This document shows, piece by piece, positions 52,552 to 64,000 of a stretch of DNA of 64,000 nt. The notes beneath the pieces were generated by a model. That model was not told the origin of the DNA and ran no database searches. It saw only the letters and a program-made list of their open reading frames with translations. Positions within the stretch are counted from its first letter, which is position 1. Each line of letters starts with the position of its first letter. Both the position numbers and the translations under genes were made by a program. The stretch is from the NCBI RefSeq assembly GCF_003918875.1, contig NW_025767469.1:124001-188000 (forward strand), in the 5' to 3' direction. Source of the DNA: Haliotis rubra (Eukaryota).

Positions 52552-53050
52552 CCATTGTTTGTGTAACTTGCAGTTTTCACCCAGTGAGTTTAAACCAATG
52601 AAATGCTGTGTGAGCGATGTTTTACGCCGTTATAGTATCTTTTCTAGCCATATCACGACCTATGGTTTATAAATAACTGAATTCACAATTTGAATAGAAC
52701 TCACGTGACTCATCTTGAAACACTCACTCAGTCACTCACTCACTCACTCACTCACTCACCAAAAAAACAACCAACATTTTCAACACAATGGTCGTGATTT
52801 CGTCAGTGCAAATCTGATTCTTTAAGACTGAAAACAATTAATGTCAATTGGTCACAACCCGCCCACATCAAAAATAGCCATTCTGTAAGCTGTATATGAT
52901 AACAACAGACATTATATGGTCCGTATTTGCGCCTTGTGTGTTATCAAGGCCTGCTTGATTACTTTCTCTGATAACCTTTGCACCCTGTTCAACTATCCCA
53001 CTAACTCCGTACACCGACAACGCGCGGTATGTGGACTGAACAGCGACACA

Positions 53051-56000
53051 ATGAACAAAATGGAGCTTTACGTAAACATGATGGTGATTGTGATGATTGG
53101 CACGTGTGGGGTCAGTGTGGCTCAGATGTATACACCAACGACTTGTAAGTACTGTTTCACCATTTGTTTAGCATTTATGAGTTACACTGAAGCCAGGAGA
53201 GTGCGATACGTGCTTTACATGAAACGCCAGCTACGTTTACTAAAATGTCACGTAAATGATCGCTCGAACGGACGAATTAATGAAACCCTTTCTATATACA
53301 TCAGAGTGTGTGAGTGACGTTTTACGCTGCTTTTAGCAATATTCCAGCAATATCACGGTAGGGGACACCAGAAATGGGCTTCACACATTGTACCCATGTG
53401 GGGAATCGAACCCGGGTCTTCGACATGACGAATGAACTCTTTAACCACTAGGCTACCCCACCGCCCGCAGATGTTTTTGCATATAGATATCCCGGCCCGA
53501 GGGTGGCATCTGTCACAAATACATGCAAAGGCAAGTCAATTATTCATAATACTCAATGACATTACATATCTATTGTTTTTACATAGGATATCTTTATTTA
53601 GAGACACTTGGCAACACAACCCCACCTTACATTTTGGGTCATATCGGTCGATTTTAACTGTGTCACCTTTTTTCGTTTGTCGGTTATGCTTTTGTATATT
53701 TCATCGTTTATGTTTTTAATTTATCACTTATGTCACATATTTTACCGTTCATGCTTCGAGTTGACGTTTTACATATAAAGGCAAGAGTTTATGGATGTCA
53801 ACTTCTATAGTTTGAGGTGAAAGACGTTTCTGAGTAAATTCTCGCAATGAACAAGTAAGAATATACTCAATATGTTCAAAATAAAGAAGTTGATTCTTGC
53901 CTTTATGTTAATACTTTAACCTTTAATTTTTATCCTCTGACCTTATTTTTATCCCAAATGAATTCAAGTACATTAAATATCGCTGACGTTAAGGAGACTG
54001 TTTAATATTGCCATTTTATCCTATATCCCTCCAGTTGAGATGTTTGAGGAGTGCGACAACAAGATCATTATATCGGAGGACATGCTGCTACAACTATCTG
54101 TGAACAAGACCAGGAGAAAAACACACACGTGTAGCACGACGGTTGAAAGTGACGTGGACGGCAATCGCTTGTTACTACGTTTCCTGAATATGAACATCTC
54201 CGACAGGCCAGGATGCTTGAAAGCCAGGATCAGCTTATATGAGACAGAAGGCAAACATCCTTCAGGTAAGGCCACGAAGGACATATATTTGTTTGTCTTC
54301 CTCATGAGTGAGTGAGTGAGTTTAGTTTTACGCCGCACTCAGCAATATTCCAGCTATATGGCGGCGGTCTGTAAATAATCGAGTCTGGACCAGACAATCT
54401 AGTGATCAACAGCATGAGCATCGATCTGCGCAATTGGGAACCGATGACATTTGTCAACCAAGCCAGCGAGCCTGACCACCCGATCCCGTTAGTCGCATCT
54501 TACGACATGCATGGGTTACTGAAGGTTCATTCTAACCCGGACCTTCACGGGTCTCTTCCTCATGACGAACATAAAACATACACAACTGTAATTGCTGTGA
54601 AAAATGTGTCTAGTTATAATTTTGTTTTCAGTAAATTTTTGCGGCAATATGAGCATCCCCGTGTTCAACTCCAGCGGACAGTCAGTGAGGGTTAAGTACG
54701 AGACCAGTCGCCAGGACGAGGACGCCGCTCATGACGTCTTCACACTACTTATCTCATCTTTTCACGAGCAGGTGAAAGGTAAATAAAACAAACCTTCTCA
54801 CTCGTTACTATCTTCAGCACGAGCGTACGAGGTGATACATGGGATCGAGGTACCTCGTCAGGCTCCTTTATTTGGTATCTGAATGTCATCGTATTCCAGT
54901 TGTCCAGATACATGCTCGTGCTGTCAACCTCTGGTCGGTCTGGTCCGGACTCGATTTCTGACAGACCGCCCGTCATATAGCGAGAATATTGCTGATCAGC
55001 AGACCAGCGTTTGTTTTAGAGTTATTTTAAGGCGGGATGGCAGAAGGTTGAATTAATTTATTTATTTATTTATTTATTTTTATTTATTTATTTATTCAGG
55101 GGGAGTTTATACACAGAAATTATATAATAACCTCTAATCATTTCAGTTTTTCTTATACTTTTAAAATAACAATTGGCCCACAGTATATATCTGAGTCCGG
55201 GGAGTTGCATGAGTGAGTTTGGTTAGCAGCTGCTCTGAACAGTATTTCTAACATACAAGAGCGTGTCAACTTAGAGTAGCGTGACCCGACAAACGGAAGT
55301 GATGCACTTCTTTGAAATTTAACATATTGTGTAACCCACGAAAACGGGCATGGTTCTCACTAATCCAGATCCTAATAAGAACAAATCTAGCATTCAATCC
55401 ACGATGACAGGATTCTGGCCTGCCAAGGGGAGGCAACTCTGCATTGCGAATAGCGATGCCACGGACAGTTGGGCCACGGGCCCCATGTACAATCAGGAAA
55501 CAAACGTGGGACATGAAACATAAGAAGGTTTCCTTTACACAAACACCCGGTGTCAACACTGAATTTCATTGGTCTATTCACATAAACAGAAGAGCAAAGA
55601 AAACATACGTAGTTTATTATTTACATAATTATAAATTTGATTATATCTGTTTAGTTATCACTCATTCCTGGGACAATTTGTAAAAAGTAATCTTGGCTGG
55701 ATAATGTTATTGATTCAATGAAGGAATGAAATGATTTTGTAACTACATAAATCCATGTTCGATTTTTTTTTAAATCTGCGCCGAAAAGGGAACATTTATT
55801 GAGTTTCCACGGAATGATGTCTAAGATACCCATCTGCAGTTGTAGATCACACGAAATATATTTTATCGAATTTTGAAAGTTCAAGATAAAATTATGCTTT
55901 AAAATCTAAGCCAAGAAGTATCCTTTGAGCAGTGTCGGATCGGGGGTGGGGGGTAGTGGTGGTTTGTCCCCCAGGGGGTTCGAACCCCCTCTTTTGAAAA

Positions 56001-56802
56001 TGACTTAAGACAACATTGAAAAATAAATAAATTGCGTTTACGGAGGGTTCAGGGGATTTTAACCCCCTGAACCCCCCACCCATCCACCCTTTTCAAAATT
56101 CCTTGTTCGCCCATGCCTTTGAGTGTTGAAGTATAGTAAATGAAATGGATATGCTCTCGCTAACTTAAGATATTGTAATTGGAAAATTGACGTATGATAC
56201 AATCAGCTAAGAGGTGTAGTTTCTTTTGCCTCTCAGTATAATTTCCACAGCTATTTTGCCGTTCGAAGAACCTGTTTCGTCTGATAAACGAGACTGGTTA
56301 TTCTCTAGCATTGACGGGGCGGTAGGGTAGCCTAATGACTAACGCGTTCGCTCGTCACGCCGAAGACCCGGGTTCGATTCCCCACATGGTACAATGTGTG
56401 AAGCCCATTTCTGGTGTCCCCCGACGTGATACTGCTGGAATATTGCTTAAAGCGGCGTAAATCTAAATTCACTCCCTCACTCACTCTGGTGTTTTTAGAT
56501 TTAACACCTGAGTCACTTAAAAGAATAATCTCTTTGTTTCAGGAGAGTGTACGTCCTACGACTTCACATGCAGCAACTCCCTCTGCATCGACAGCGACAT
56601 GACCTGTAACAACTACGACGATTGCTCCGATAATTCCGATGAGACGATTGGCTGTAGCACAACCGATGGAGACCAGTTGATGAAGAAGATTGTGATTGTG
56701 TCTGTAGCCTGTGGGATGTTTCTGTTCGCTGTTGTTTGTGTCTTCGCCTTTAAAATACACCGAGCCAGGAACAGAAGAGGGGCATATTTATCTGTTGACT
56801 AA
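53051..56802 (+). CDS. Gene E: signal peptide-CUB-LDLa-TM type I membrane protein, about 243 aa, 4 coding exons
   Basis: join(53051-53144,54035-54265,54632-54778,56543-56802); 732 nt open. The start could be a downstream in-frame ATG. MNKMELYVNMMVIVMIGTCGVSVAQMYTPTT|FEMFEECDNKIIISEDMLL..|VNFCG..FTLLISSF..|GECTSYDFTCSNSLCIDSDMTCNNYDDCSDNSDETIGC..TM..HRARNRRGAYLSVD*. Confidence 0.9.
53310..53467 (-). mobile_element. SINE-A (gene E intron 1)
   Basis: Family match. Confidence 0.88.
54306..54552 (-). mobile_element. SINE-B (gene E intron 2)
   Basis: TSD tcttcctcatga. Confidence 0.92.
56316..56486 (+). mobile_element. SINE-A (gene E intron 3)
   Basis: Family match. Confidence 0.88.
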
Positions 56803-57029
56803 TCGGTGCAAACAGCCGATAACCATGAACACAATTTTGTGTTAATATTCTTTTCGTCTGTGATTTTATTGTAGCCAACTTACAAAAACAGTGCATGTAT
56901 ACTACTCAGAGGAACTTAAGCAATATACCACAAGAGATTAATCATAATCGGATGTTTTAGTGTTATGTACCATTCGTCGCCATTCTTTCTGTAACCTCTG
57001 CGAATTTCTGCAAAATTGTTGATGCGGCG

Positions 57030-57395
57030 GTAAGCAGCTTTATCATCCCAAAACTGTGTTCCACAGGAGATATCGCTTGTGTGAGATCAAACGATATCTC
57101 CTAGGAGATATCGTTTTGACAGTAGATTTTGTACAATGCCCTGACAATGCTATGACGTCATGTACTTGATGACGTCACAATGCTATGACATCGCTGCACT
57201 GAAAGTCGAATGGCAGTACCATGTTCAGAGATGTACATTTTTCATTGAAAATTAATTAAGAGTGATTTTGGATGATAAATAGAATCTCACCCTCATGTCT
57301 TCTGATATCAAATATATCAACACTCGTTGATAAAGTAAAAATATCCTCGGCAAGCCTCGGATATTTGTAACTTTATCAACTCATGTTGATATAAT
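57030..57395. repeat. Nested palindromic non-autonomous repeat downstream of gene E
   Basis: TTTATCATCCCAAAA..TTTTGGATGATAAA arms plus a terminal hairpin GTTGATAAAG..CTCGGCAAGCCTCGG..CTTTATCAAC. Confidence 0.55.
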
Positions 57396-59044
57396 TGATA
57401 TCAGAAGACACTTGGGTGAGGATTCTCTATTTCCCTCACCCACCTTCCTCAGATCGATGTTATGAGTGGAAACCAAACAAGACTCAGAACGTTCGAATGA
57501 TTTGGTCCTTCTTAGGGGAGGGGTTACCCACTTTGTTATGGGGAGGTGGGGAGGGGGTATCAATATTGTTAATACATCAACTGGGGGAGGGGGTGTTGTC
57601 AGCCATTCTGTACATAAAACTATTCAAAATTTATGTTTAAAAATGATGTGTGTGTTTGTGTAAATTATGTATGGTCACTTAATTTATTTCTATATATTGC
57701 GCATAGTTTGTATGGAAAGATATACACTAACTCACAATATATTATATTCTGAGAAATCCATATAATCTTATAGATAAGCAGAGACGATTGACGATAAATA
57801 ATATCTTAGATTCCCCACATCAAATTCACTTTTATAATTTTGGATGTGCCCATTTACGGAAGACGGTACCAAGTTGATAAAATGGCAACGAAAATGGTGC
57901 GAGTCGCCGTTCAGCTTGCCCCTAAACTGTACGAGTGGTCCCGAATGGTATAGTATAGATACACTTACACATACTACTGGATACAGTTTTACCATAATAT
58001 GCATCACCATATATACAAACATACATGAAAGGAGATAAGTATTGTGTATTGTGTTTTCAGATTTACAGGTGTTACTTACTGATGCTAGGAAATTCCTTAC
58101 CGAACTGTTGGCCGAAGTCTTCAAATGTTACTATTTCAGATAAATAAACAAAAATAATCTAGCATAAATGCTGTGTCTATTCTGTCAAGATGGATGGCAA
58201 AAATAAACTTCTGTATTTTGACATGTAATGATACTTATGAAAGGTAATGATGTGGAATAGAAAAGTCAGGAAAGTAAGCGGAATCCATTTCACAAACAAG
58301 TCAGGATACTGTCCGTCACTGTACCATCCAATAAATTTATTTCGCTTCATCGTTTCACAATTTGTTGTGAAACCAAACAGGCTGTATGTGTGCTAAATCA
58401 CCTCTATATATCTCTGGGGCGGTGTGAAAGCCTAATGGTTAAAGTGTCCACTCGTCACGCTCTTTCAGAGATTGGTACAATGTGTGAAGCCCATTTCTGT
58501 GTCCCCTGCCGTGACATTGCTGGAATATTGCTTAAAGCGGCGTAAAACCATACTCACTCATTCACTCATTTGTGTCTGTGTCTGGTTTGTAGCGCTGATT
58601 TCCCTGTACCGGTTAGGAGAGAGGAATGATTTTTGTCACATGCAAATTAAAGGACCAGTATTAAAACAGGTTGTCAATACTTTGTACGGAAACGTCAACT
58701 TCAGAGGTAAAAAGCCGTATCTCGGTGCAGAGAATGACTGACTTGAATGTGTCATTAGACAAACACTACTTGCAACAGAATAGCTATGCACTGTCGAAGT
58801 CAAATTCAAAATTTATAATTATAAACTGAACTAAGTGACTGGCAGGCTGGCTGGATGACTGACCCCTAGCAGTCAGGATCCCAAACGGTCATGCCCTGAT
58901 ATTTGAGTAATGAACTGTTCTGCGGTCAATGCCACCATACGGCCCCTCAAATATGAAACTGAATATGATTTTACTACCGTTTGCTTCTACTGTAAGAGTG
59001 GGAGTTTATGGGAGTGCTTGTTAGTGACTGACCATTTCGTCCTG

Positions 59045-59046
<2 letters not shown>

Positions 59047-59111
<65 letters not shown>
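59047..59111. repeat. (GT)n microsatellite
   Basis: Seen directly. Confidence 0.98.
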
Positions 59112-59113
<2 letters not shown>

Positions 59114-59527
59114 GTGTGTTTCACTTACATGTTACCTATTTTCTGTTCATGTTTCACAACTTTGGAGAAGCAATTGAACATGTTGTTACTTGGAATATTT
59201 CAATAAGTACCCTTTAAGTCATGCTCAAAAAGTGGTTTGATCTATAGTCCGTTTGATTTTATTTGAGACCGATGAATTGCTCACAAACACAAAATCTAAT
59301 AAATGCAACAAAACCAAATTTTGCACAGTTACTTGAAATCGACAGACCAACTCTGATGATTTGTCTCATAATTTCGGACATCCGAATAAAAAAGTTGTTT
59401 AACAAACGATCATTATTTTGTTGTCGCTTACCGCTATTTTGTACGATGGGGGACCACTTGCTGGTAGAACAGCCAGGCAATCGACAAGCGTCTGTAGTGA
59501 AATACGTGCAACTCGTACACCTGGCTG

Positions 59528-59762
59528 TGAATACGCTATGCCATTTAGAAAGTGGTTTGATCTAGTATGAATACGCTGTGCCATTTAGAAAGTGGTTTGA
59601 TCTAGTATGAATACGCTGTGCCATTTAGAAAGTGGTTTGATCTAGTATGAATACGCTGTGCCATTTAGAAAGTGGTTTGATGTAGTATGAATACGCTGTG
59701 CCATTTAGAAAGTGGTTTGATCTAGTATGAATACGCTTTGCCATTTAGAAAGTGGTTTGATC
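59528..59762. repeat. 40-bp tandem repeat, about 6 copies
   Basis: CCATTTAGAAAGTGGTTTGATCTAGTATGAATACGCTGTG at 59541, 59581, ... 59741. Confidence 0.97.
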
Positions 59763-59890
59763 AAGGTTACAACATGCAAGGCATTTAAGTAAAGACTTTG
59801 TAATGTAAAGTTTTATGGTGAGTGTGTGCAGAGCATTTACATAATTAAACGGATTAAAATAATATACAATTCCGTACTGACTTACCATAT

Positions 59891-60240
59891 GTGAGGTGTG
59901 GTGAGGTGAAATTGGGTTTAACGTCGTACTTGAGAATATTTCGCTCATATGACGACATGCATGCGTGTGTATGTGTATGTGCGGCTGCTTGTACTAGCCC
60001 AGACTTAAGCTGGGTTTATAGTGCTAGTCCACTGAGATACCAAGCCGCAGTGAAGCATGAATACCCCACTCAGACACATTATACTGACTCCGAGCCGACC
60101 AGTCCTTGTTGTACCCATTAATGCCAAGCGCCAGGCAGGGAGCAACAAGTACCATATTTTAACGTCTTTTGGTATGACGCGGTCGGGATCGAACCCGCCA
60201 CCTTCCACTCTCCGGACGGACGCTCTAACCAGTCTACCTA
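59891..60240 (-). mobile_element. SINE-C
   Basis: Near-identical to 52195-52551; TSD taccatatgt. Confidence 0.88.
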
Positions 60241-60635
60241 CCATATGTTCTCGTGTTTAGGATTTGTTTTGTTTTATGCAAGTGGATAATTAACGTTGCA
60301 TGTGTTTGTGACGGTTACCACCGGCGGGACAGGATCCGCTCACATGTCAATGTCTACCAGACAACCTCACAGTTTGATATTGATTCCGAAACACACGGGT
60401 GGTGGTGTGTGTGTGTGTTGGGGGTTGGTGGGACACATTTGTACATTATTATCAAGAGTGCCCATAGCCCGACCATCCTTAAATCCTTAATCGACCACAC
60501 CTACGCCCTTAAATGAAAACCCACCCAGTCTTCTCTCCCGTACACCCCACCAACCAACTTAACCCAAATAACACTATAACTGCACAATCAATTAAATCCC
60601 ACTTAAATAGACAGCCTTGCACAAGTGTGCAACTA

Positions 60636-61477
60636 TACTGACACACATTGAAAAAGCAAAACCAAATTAAAATGAGGAAAAATTTACAAACAATAACATT
60701 TGGATCAAAATTGTAATATAATCATGTTGAGAATTTTATTGTGCTTTAATTTCATGAACAATGATTACAAGAGTTCCGCCAGTATGGCTGACACGTCAAG
60801 CTTCACACACAGACTCCCCTAAGTCCGCCAGTAGCGAGTGTGACCTATCTGAGCCTGTACCATCCACGGAGTCGACGTGGCATTGATTCGCACAAACGTC
60901 GAACAGATTCTTGGGGGATGTTCTGCCACTCCTGTTGTAAAGCCAGGGTCAACTCAGCGACGTTGTTTGGCTGACGTTGACGTTGAAGAATTCGGCGACC
61001 AAGCTGATCCTACAGAAGTTCTATCGGGGTCAGATCTGGCGAGACGGCTGGCCAGGGAAGCACATGGATACCTGCTTGGTGGAGGAAGTCTCTGGTAAGT
61101 CGTGCCGTGTGTGGTCGGGTATTGTCCCACCAACAGCACCCCGATAGCTTTTTCCCTCTGCTGTTCTTTGAGCCGTGGCATTTTGTGACTGCTAGTAAAA
61201 CGGTTAAACCATTGTGCCTTTCGTGCGTCCAACACTTGGCATTACATGTGCATGCCATGATAATCATGCACCCCAACAGGTCCAAGGAATCTGCTTAAGT
61301 TGTGTTTTTGATGAACTGTACCCATGCCAGAAACACGAAAATGGTTTGAACCCAGATGTGCATATGGTTTTATTCGGCAACCTCATCCCTATATTTTCGT
61401 GTGATAAATAAAATTGCTACATAAAACTTTGTTAGAAATTGCTTAAATGTGTTTTGCGTTTTTAATGTGTGTCAGTA
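60636..61477 (-). mobile_element. Internally deleted non-autonomous Tc1 element
   Basis: TA-flanked TIRs TACTGACACACATT(G/A)AAAA(A/C)GCAAAAC. N-terminus MPRLKEQQREKAIG is fused to DNTRPHTARLTRDFL..PWPAVSPDLTPIE. Confidence 0.88.
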
Positions 61478-61864
61478 TATATTCCGTATACCTGTATATC
61501 TAAACACCTACACAGTCAGTTATCATCGCAAGGTGGCAACACGTATCACGCTACTGTCATTGGATACGGCTGATCCACGGTTGCCCTCTGTCATGTGACT
61601 GCACTTGTGACATAGACGGCGCGGCCCAGTTAGCGTCTCCCTGTCCATCATGGCTTCATGTTATGGAGTCACCCTTCTGTGCGCGGTATTCATGTCTACA
61701 GTTTTCGTCTGTGACGGGGAAGTACCTCAACAGAGTACGTACATACGTTATGTCTATAGCTGAATCTATATCATGTCAATCACCTTGCCGAGTCACGGCA
61801 CCTGCCAGGATATATACCCAGTTTAGTTTAACACGTTTCTGGTTACACTCTCAAGCTTGATGAA

Positions 61865-62008
61865 CGGTAGGGTAGCCTAGTGGTTAAAACGTTCGCTCGT
61901 CACGCCAAAGACCCGGGTTCGATTCCCCACTATGTGAAGCCCATTTCTGGTGCCCCCGCCGAAATATTGCTGGAAAATTGCAAAAAAAAGCGGCATAAAA
62001 CTACAACA
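61865..62008 (+). mobile_element. SINE-A, diverged
   Basis: Family match. Confidence 0.8.
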
Positions 62009-62086
62009 TATGTCATAGGATTACACTTTCTTAGTAAAGTACAAATTGTAGTACTTTTTGGGTTGAGTCCCATCCGGGATTCGAAC

Positions 62087-62159
62087 CCACACCCTCAGAG
62101 TCAGGCACGAAATCGCCAGCACACAAAGTCAGCCGCCTAACCCGCTCAGCCACCGTGAC
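62087..62159 (-). other. tRNA(Leu/Ser)-like sequence, probably a SINE head or tRNA pseudogene
   Basis: GTCACGGTGGCTGAGCGGGTTAGGCG...GTGGGTTCGAATCCC; the acceptor stem and anticodon arm are imperfect. Confidence 0.45.
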
Positions 62160-62400
62160 TTCCATAAAAATGGACAACTGGTAGTCTAGACTGCGGACTT
62201 TGTGTACCCCTCTGATAAATGTAAACACTTAGCACAAAACTACACTCATCCACTCAAGCTTGAATTATCTTCAACACTTTACCTGACAATTGTTAAATAA
62301 GAGGAAGAATACGTCATCCGTACTCATGCCTAGACGCATGCCGACTATAGTGGGTATATGTCATGGCCTCACATTGATATTTACAGGTCACCATAACTGC

Positions 62401-62914
62401 CATCCTCGATAATCTCCAGGGTATACGTTACGATCACTCTCCACTATACCACGGATGCATCCACGACTTGGCCCCATAATTATATTACCTCCCTTGGCCG
62501 GCTTTTTATCCAAACAGGTGTCTATGCTGGGAAGTAGAGCGAACCAATCACAACTCACTTTCGCTTCTTAAATTATCTAACCGTTTAAACTTGGCAACAC
62601 AATTGATGCAGAGGTAGTTTGAAAGAGGTAGAAGGAGTTCTTTCATATATGTTTTTAGAGTTTCAGATTGTGTCAATTTGTCTATATTATTTACCCCAAA
62701 ATCTGAGTGGAACTGCGAACAAACCTTCACGACTGCCATTGCTATCTTTGTTGACACTGGCAAGCTCGGATGTAACGGCGGCTTAGCTGATTGGCTACTG
62801 TGAGAATGCGGCGCCAGCAAAGGGAGGTAATATAATTATGGGGCCAAGCCGTGGATGCATCCAGGGTATAGTGGAGAGTGATCGTTACGTATACCCTGGA
62901 GATTATCGAGGATG
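62401..62914. mobile_element. MITE with about 95-bp TIRs
   Basis: CATCCTCGATAATCTCCAGGGTATACG... at 62401-62496 is inverted at 62818-62914. Confidence 0.8.
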
Positions 62915-63634
62915 TATGACTGCTTGCTGCAGCCTGAATAACATTCAGTCACCAGACCCTTGATAACGATGATTGTGGATGAGATTATATATCTACAGTC
63001 TTACAGCATAGTTACCACCACTGTCGCTGTAATTCTACAGCGGGTCAGGCTATTGAATTAAATCAAATATATGAGGCACGTTGTTACTTGACTTGCCTTT
63101 GCAAGTGTTTGTGACTGTTTTAGCCAGTGGGGCAGCATACGGCTCACATTTGCGTGAATTCTTGATAGCATCACTATTAGGAATAGTCATTCATTAATTA
63201 AAATGATTGTAGAATCTAATGATTATTGAAAGACTTTTGTGACTGTTTTTCAGACAAATAGAGAAGTACAATATAAAGCGGGATTTAATTTATGTCATTA
63301 TCTCTCAATCATAAGTATAAGTGTGCGAATATTTAAATAAGACTGACCTATCTACATGTCAAGCACGAGTAAATTTTCGGTTTACCTCGTGCATGAGATA
63401 AGTATATGGACGATAGTATCAAACATCTCTTGAAAACAATAACACTGGGTAGGGCCACACAAGAATGGCTGCAGTCTCTTTTACTGAATTTATGTCCTGA
63501 TTTCGATTGGAATTTTTATTATTATTTTTTAATTTTTTATTATTATTATTTTAATTTTTTTAATTTTTTTTTTTAAATTTTGATTATTACCTGTAAAGAA
63601 ATTTCACTATCTGACTTGTTCGTCACTGGTAGGT

Positions 63635-63977
63635 TGTTATACAGGTGTTGTACGGCTGTTATGCAGGTGTTATACGGCTGTTATGCAGGTGTTACACGGC
63701 TGTTATACAGGTGTTATACGGCTGTTATGCAGGTGTTATACGGCTGTTATACAGGTGTTATACGGCTGTTACACAGGTGTTATACGGCTGTTACACAGGT
63801 GTTATACGGCTGTTATACAGGTGTTATACGGCTGTTATACAGGTGTTATACGGCTGTTATACAGGTGTTATACGGCTGTTATACAGGTGTTATACGGCTG
63901 TTATGCAGGTGTTATAGGCTGTTATACAGGTGTTATACGGCTGTTATACAGGTGTTATACGGCTGTTATACAGGTGT
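63635..63977. repeat. 22-bp (2x11) tandem repeat GTTATACAGGTGTTATACGGCT
   Basis: Seen directly. Confidence 0.97.
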
Positions 63978-64000
63978 AAAGTTCAGGTGTAATCAGAAAT

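Noticed and set aside
52916-53317. 133-aa ORF as a stand-alone gene
   Set aside because: Only 53051-53144 matches the paralogous signal-peptide exon (YTPTT|gtaagt). The rest is UTR or intron read-through.
2821-62008. tRNA-Asp genes
   Set aside because: The tRNA-like heads lack a proper acceptor stem and continue into a shared body and tail with TSDs, so they are SINEs.
63645-63979. Repetitive Cys/Tyr-rich ORFs, and the similar ORF at 35947-36264
   Set aside because: They are translations of 22-bp and 21-bp tandem repeats.
57400-64000. A sixth CUB-LDLa paralogue downstream of gene E, or between genes B and C
   Set aside because: I found no CUB- or LDLa-like exon by eye in 57-64 kb or 27-33 kb. 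A tBLASTn search would be needed to exclude decayed copies.

Overview
Eukaryotic, intron-rich, repeat-rich animal DNA. The SINE and transposon content suggests a mollusc, possibly a gastropod such as abalone; this is inference and unconfirmed. One assembly gap lies at 10052-10238. The main content is a tandem cluster of five paralogous, highly diverged small type-I membrane protein genes, which I assembled by hand from GT-AG exons with consistent phases. Their architecture is signal peptide - one CUB-like domain - one LDL-receptor class A (LDLa) module - transmembrane helix - short basic cytoplasmic tail. Orientation is A(+) B(+) C(-) D(-) E(+), and the proteins are 235-262 aa. All five tails carry a YxxPhi sorting-type motif. 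Introns and intergenic DNA hold more than 40 SINE copies from four families, several Tc1/mariner elements and MITEs, L2- and Rex/Babar-like LINE remnants, a Penelope-like remnant with minimal hammerhead ribozyme motifs, and several minisatellites. One minisatellite appears to be a roughly 50-fold amplification of gene D's own exon-2 splice-donor junction. No prokaryotic features or CRISPR arrays were found.
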